From the IMG/VR virus record IMGVR_UViG_643348544_000004: a stretch of DNA of 44,988 nt. One strand, 5' to 3'. This DNA is from a virus. Its lineage: Duplodnaviria; Heunggongvirae; Uroviricota; Caudoviricetes. Below, in pieces: positions 44,380 through 44,988 of the stretch (positions are counted from its first letter, which is position 1; the number at the start of each line of letters is the position of its first letter). A program made the position numbers and the translations under genes. The notes beneath the pieces are model-generated. The model ran no database searches. It had not been told where the DNA came from and worked only from the letters and a program-made list of their open reading frames with translations.

Positions 44380-44988
44380 ATGGTGGATAAGGGAAAAGAG
44401 ATTCTTGCAGTACGAAATGCAGCCAGCAACGAATATGGCGGGATAAACTGTGAGGTGCAGTTTGAAGACGCGGTGAATGAAAAAGGGGAACAGGTATGGC
44501 TGCCGTATACTGCAACGGAAACGGATAATACAGAACACGGAAAAGCATTGTGGTCTGGGCTGACAGCAGGAACGTACGGAAGTGTGAGTGCCTTTGTCGC
44601 CACGGAAGCAGTACTGGAAGCGGCAAAAGCGGCGAAAAGGGAAGAGATTAATATCTGGCGTGATGTGCAGGAGAATATGGAATACATGATGGAATTCAAC
44701 GGAAGGAACTGGGATTACGGCAAGAAGACGTTGTCCAGGATAAGCATGACACGCCTGATGGCAGAGAATAACCGTCTTCCGGAAGGTTTTGCCTGGACCG
44801 ACGGGGATAATAATGTGGTGCCGGTGACGGCGGCAGACATCATAGCCCTGTCGGATGCGACAGAGCAGGCGATGTTTGCGAAGGGGGTGGAGATTAATAC
44901 ACGGCAGTTGCAGATGAAAGCAGAGGTTGAGGCGCTGACAGAGCTGAAGGCGATCCGCAGTTACGTTGTTGGATGGCCTGCAGGCTGA
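44380..44988 (+). CDS. Putative tail fibre assembly/chaperone protein (Tfa-position), 202 aa
   Basis: GAGGAGG RBS 2 nt after stf stop, ATG at 44380; assignment mainly by position. Confidence 0.4.
   Translation: MVDKGKEILAVRNAASNEYGGINCEVQFEDAVNEKGEQVWLPYTATETDNTEHGKALWSGLTAGTYGSVSAFVATEAVLEAAKAAKREEINIWRDVQENMEYMMEFNGRNWDYGKKTLSRISMTRLMAENNRLPEGFAWTDGDNNVVPVTAADIIALSDATEQAMFAKGVEINTRQLQMKAEVEALTELKAIRSYVVGWPAG

Noticed and set aside
1-44988. CRISPR arrays
   Set aside because: No regularly spaced direct repeats with unique spacers were seen; the only tandem repeats are in-frame coding repeats (recE-like linker, stf collagen domain) and replication iterons.

Overview
This window is a near-complete lambdoid prophage of an Escherichia/Shigella-type host, running from the integrase stop codon (position 1) to the stop of a tail-fibre-assembly-like gene (44988). 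All calls rest on reading the six-frame translations and the DNA by eye; no database search or computation was run. Layout: int/xis and a RecE-like exonuclease (minus strand); a leftward operon of small genes; a DicA/DicC-type immunity switch with repeated TTAG-N6-CTAA operator-like sites; O-like and P-like replication genes with iterons; a nin-like block of tightly coupled small genes (small methyltransferase, zinc-ribbon protein, two small acidic proteins); an IS1 insertion with perfect 9-bp target duplication; a hok-type toxin; DUF968/HNH, RusA and Q antiterminator; an orphan DNA methyltransferase; three tRNAs (Ile2-CAT, Arg-TCG, Arg-TCT); a nanS-p-like esterase; a lysis cassette (holin, SAR-type endolysin, Rz/Rz1); and a lambda-like packaging, head and tail module (Nu1, A, W, B, protease-capsid fusion, Z, U, V, G/G-T, H, M, L, K, I, J, lom, collagen-like stf). 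The best candidate for an undescribed system is a two-gene convergent insert between holin and endolysin (20765-21895), neither protein of which I can assign to any family. Secondary candidates are a cluster of small membrane-peptide ORFs behind a terminator between endolysin and Rz, and two consecutive small acidic proteins (possible DNA mimics) in the early region. No Shiga toxin genes and no CRISPR array are present.
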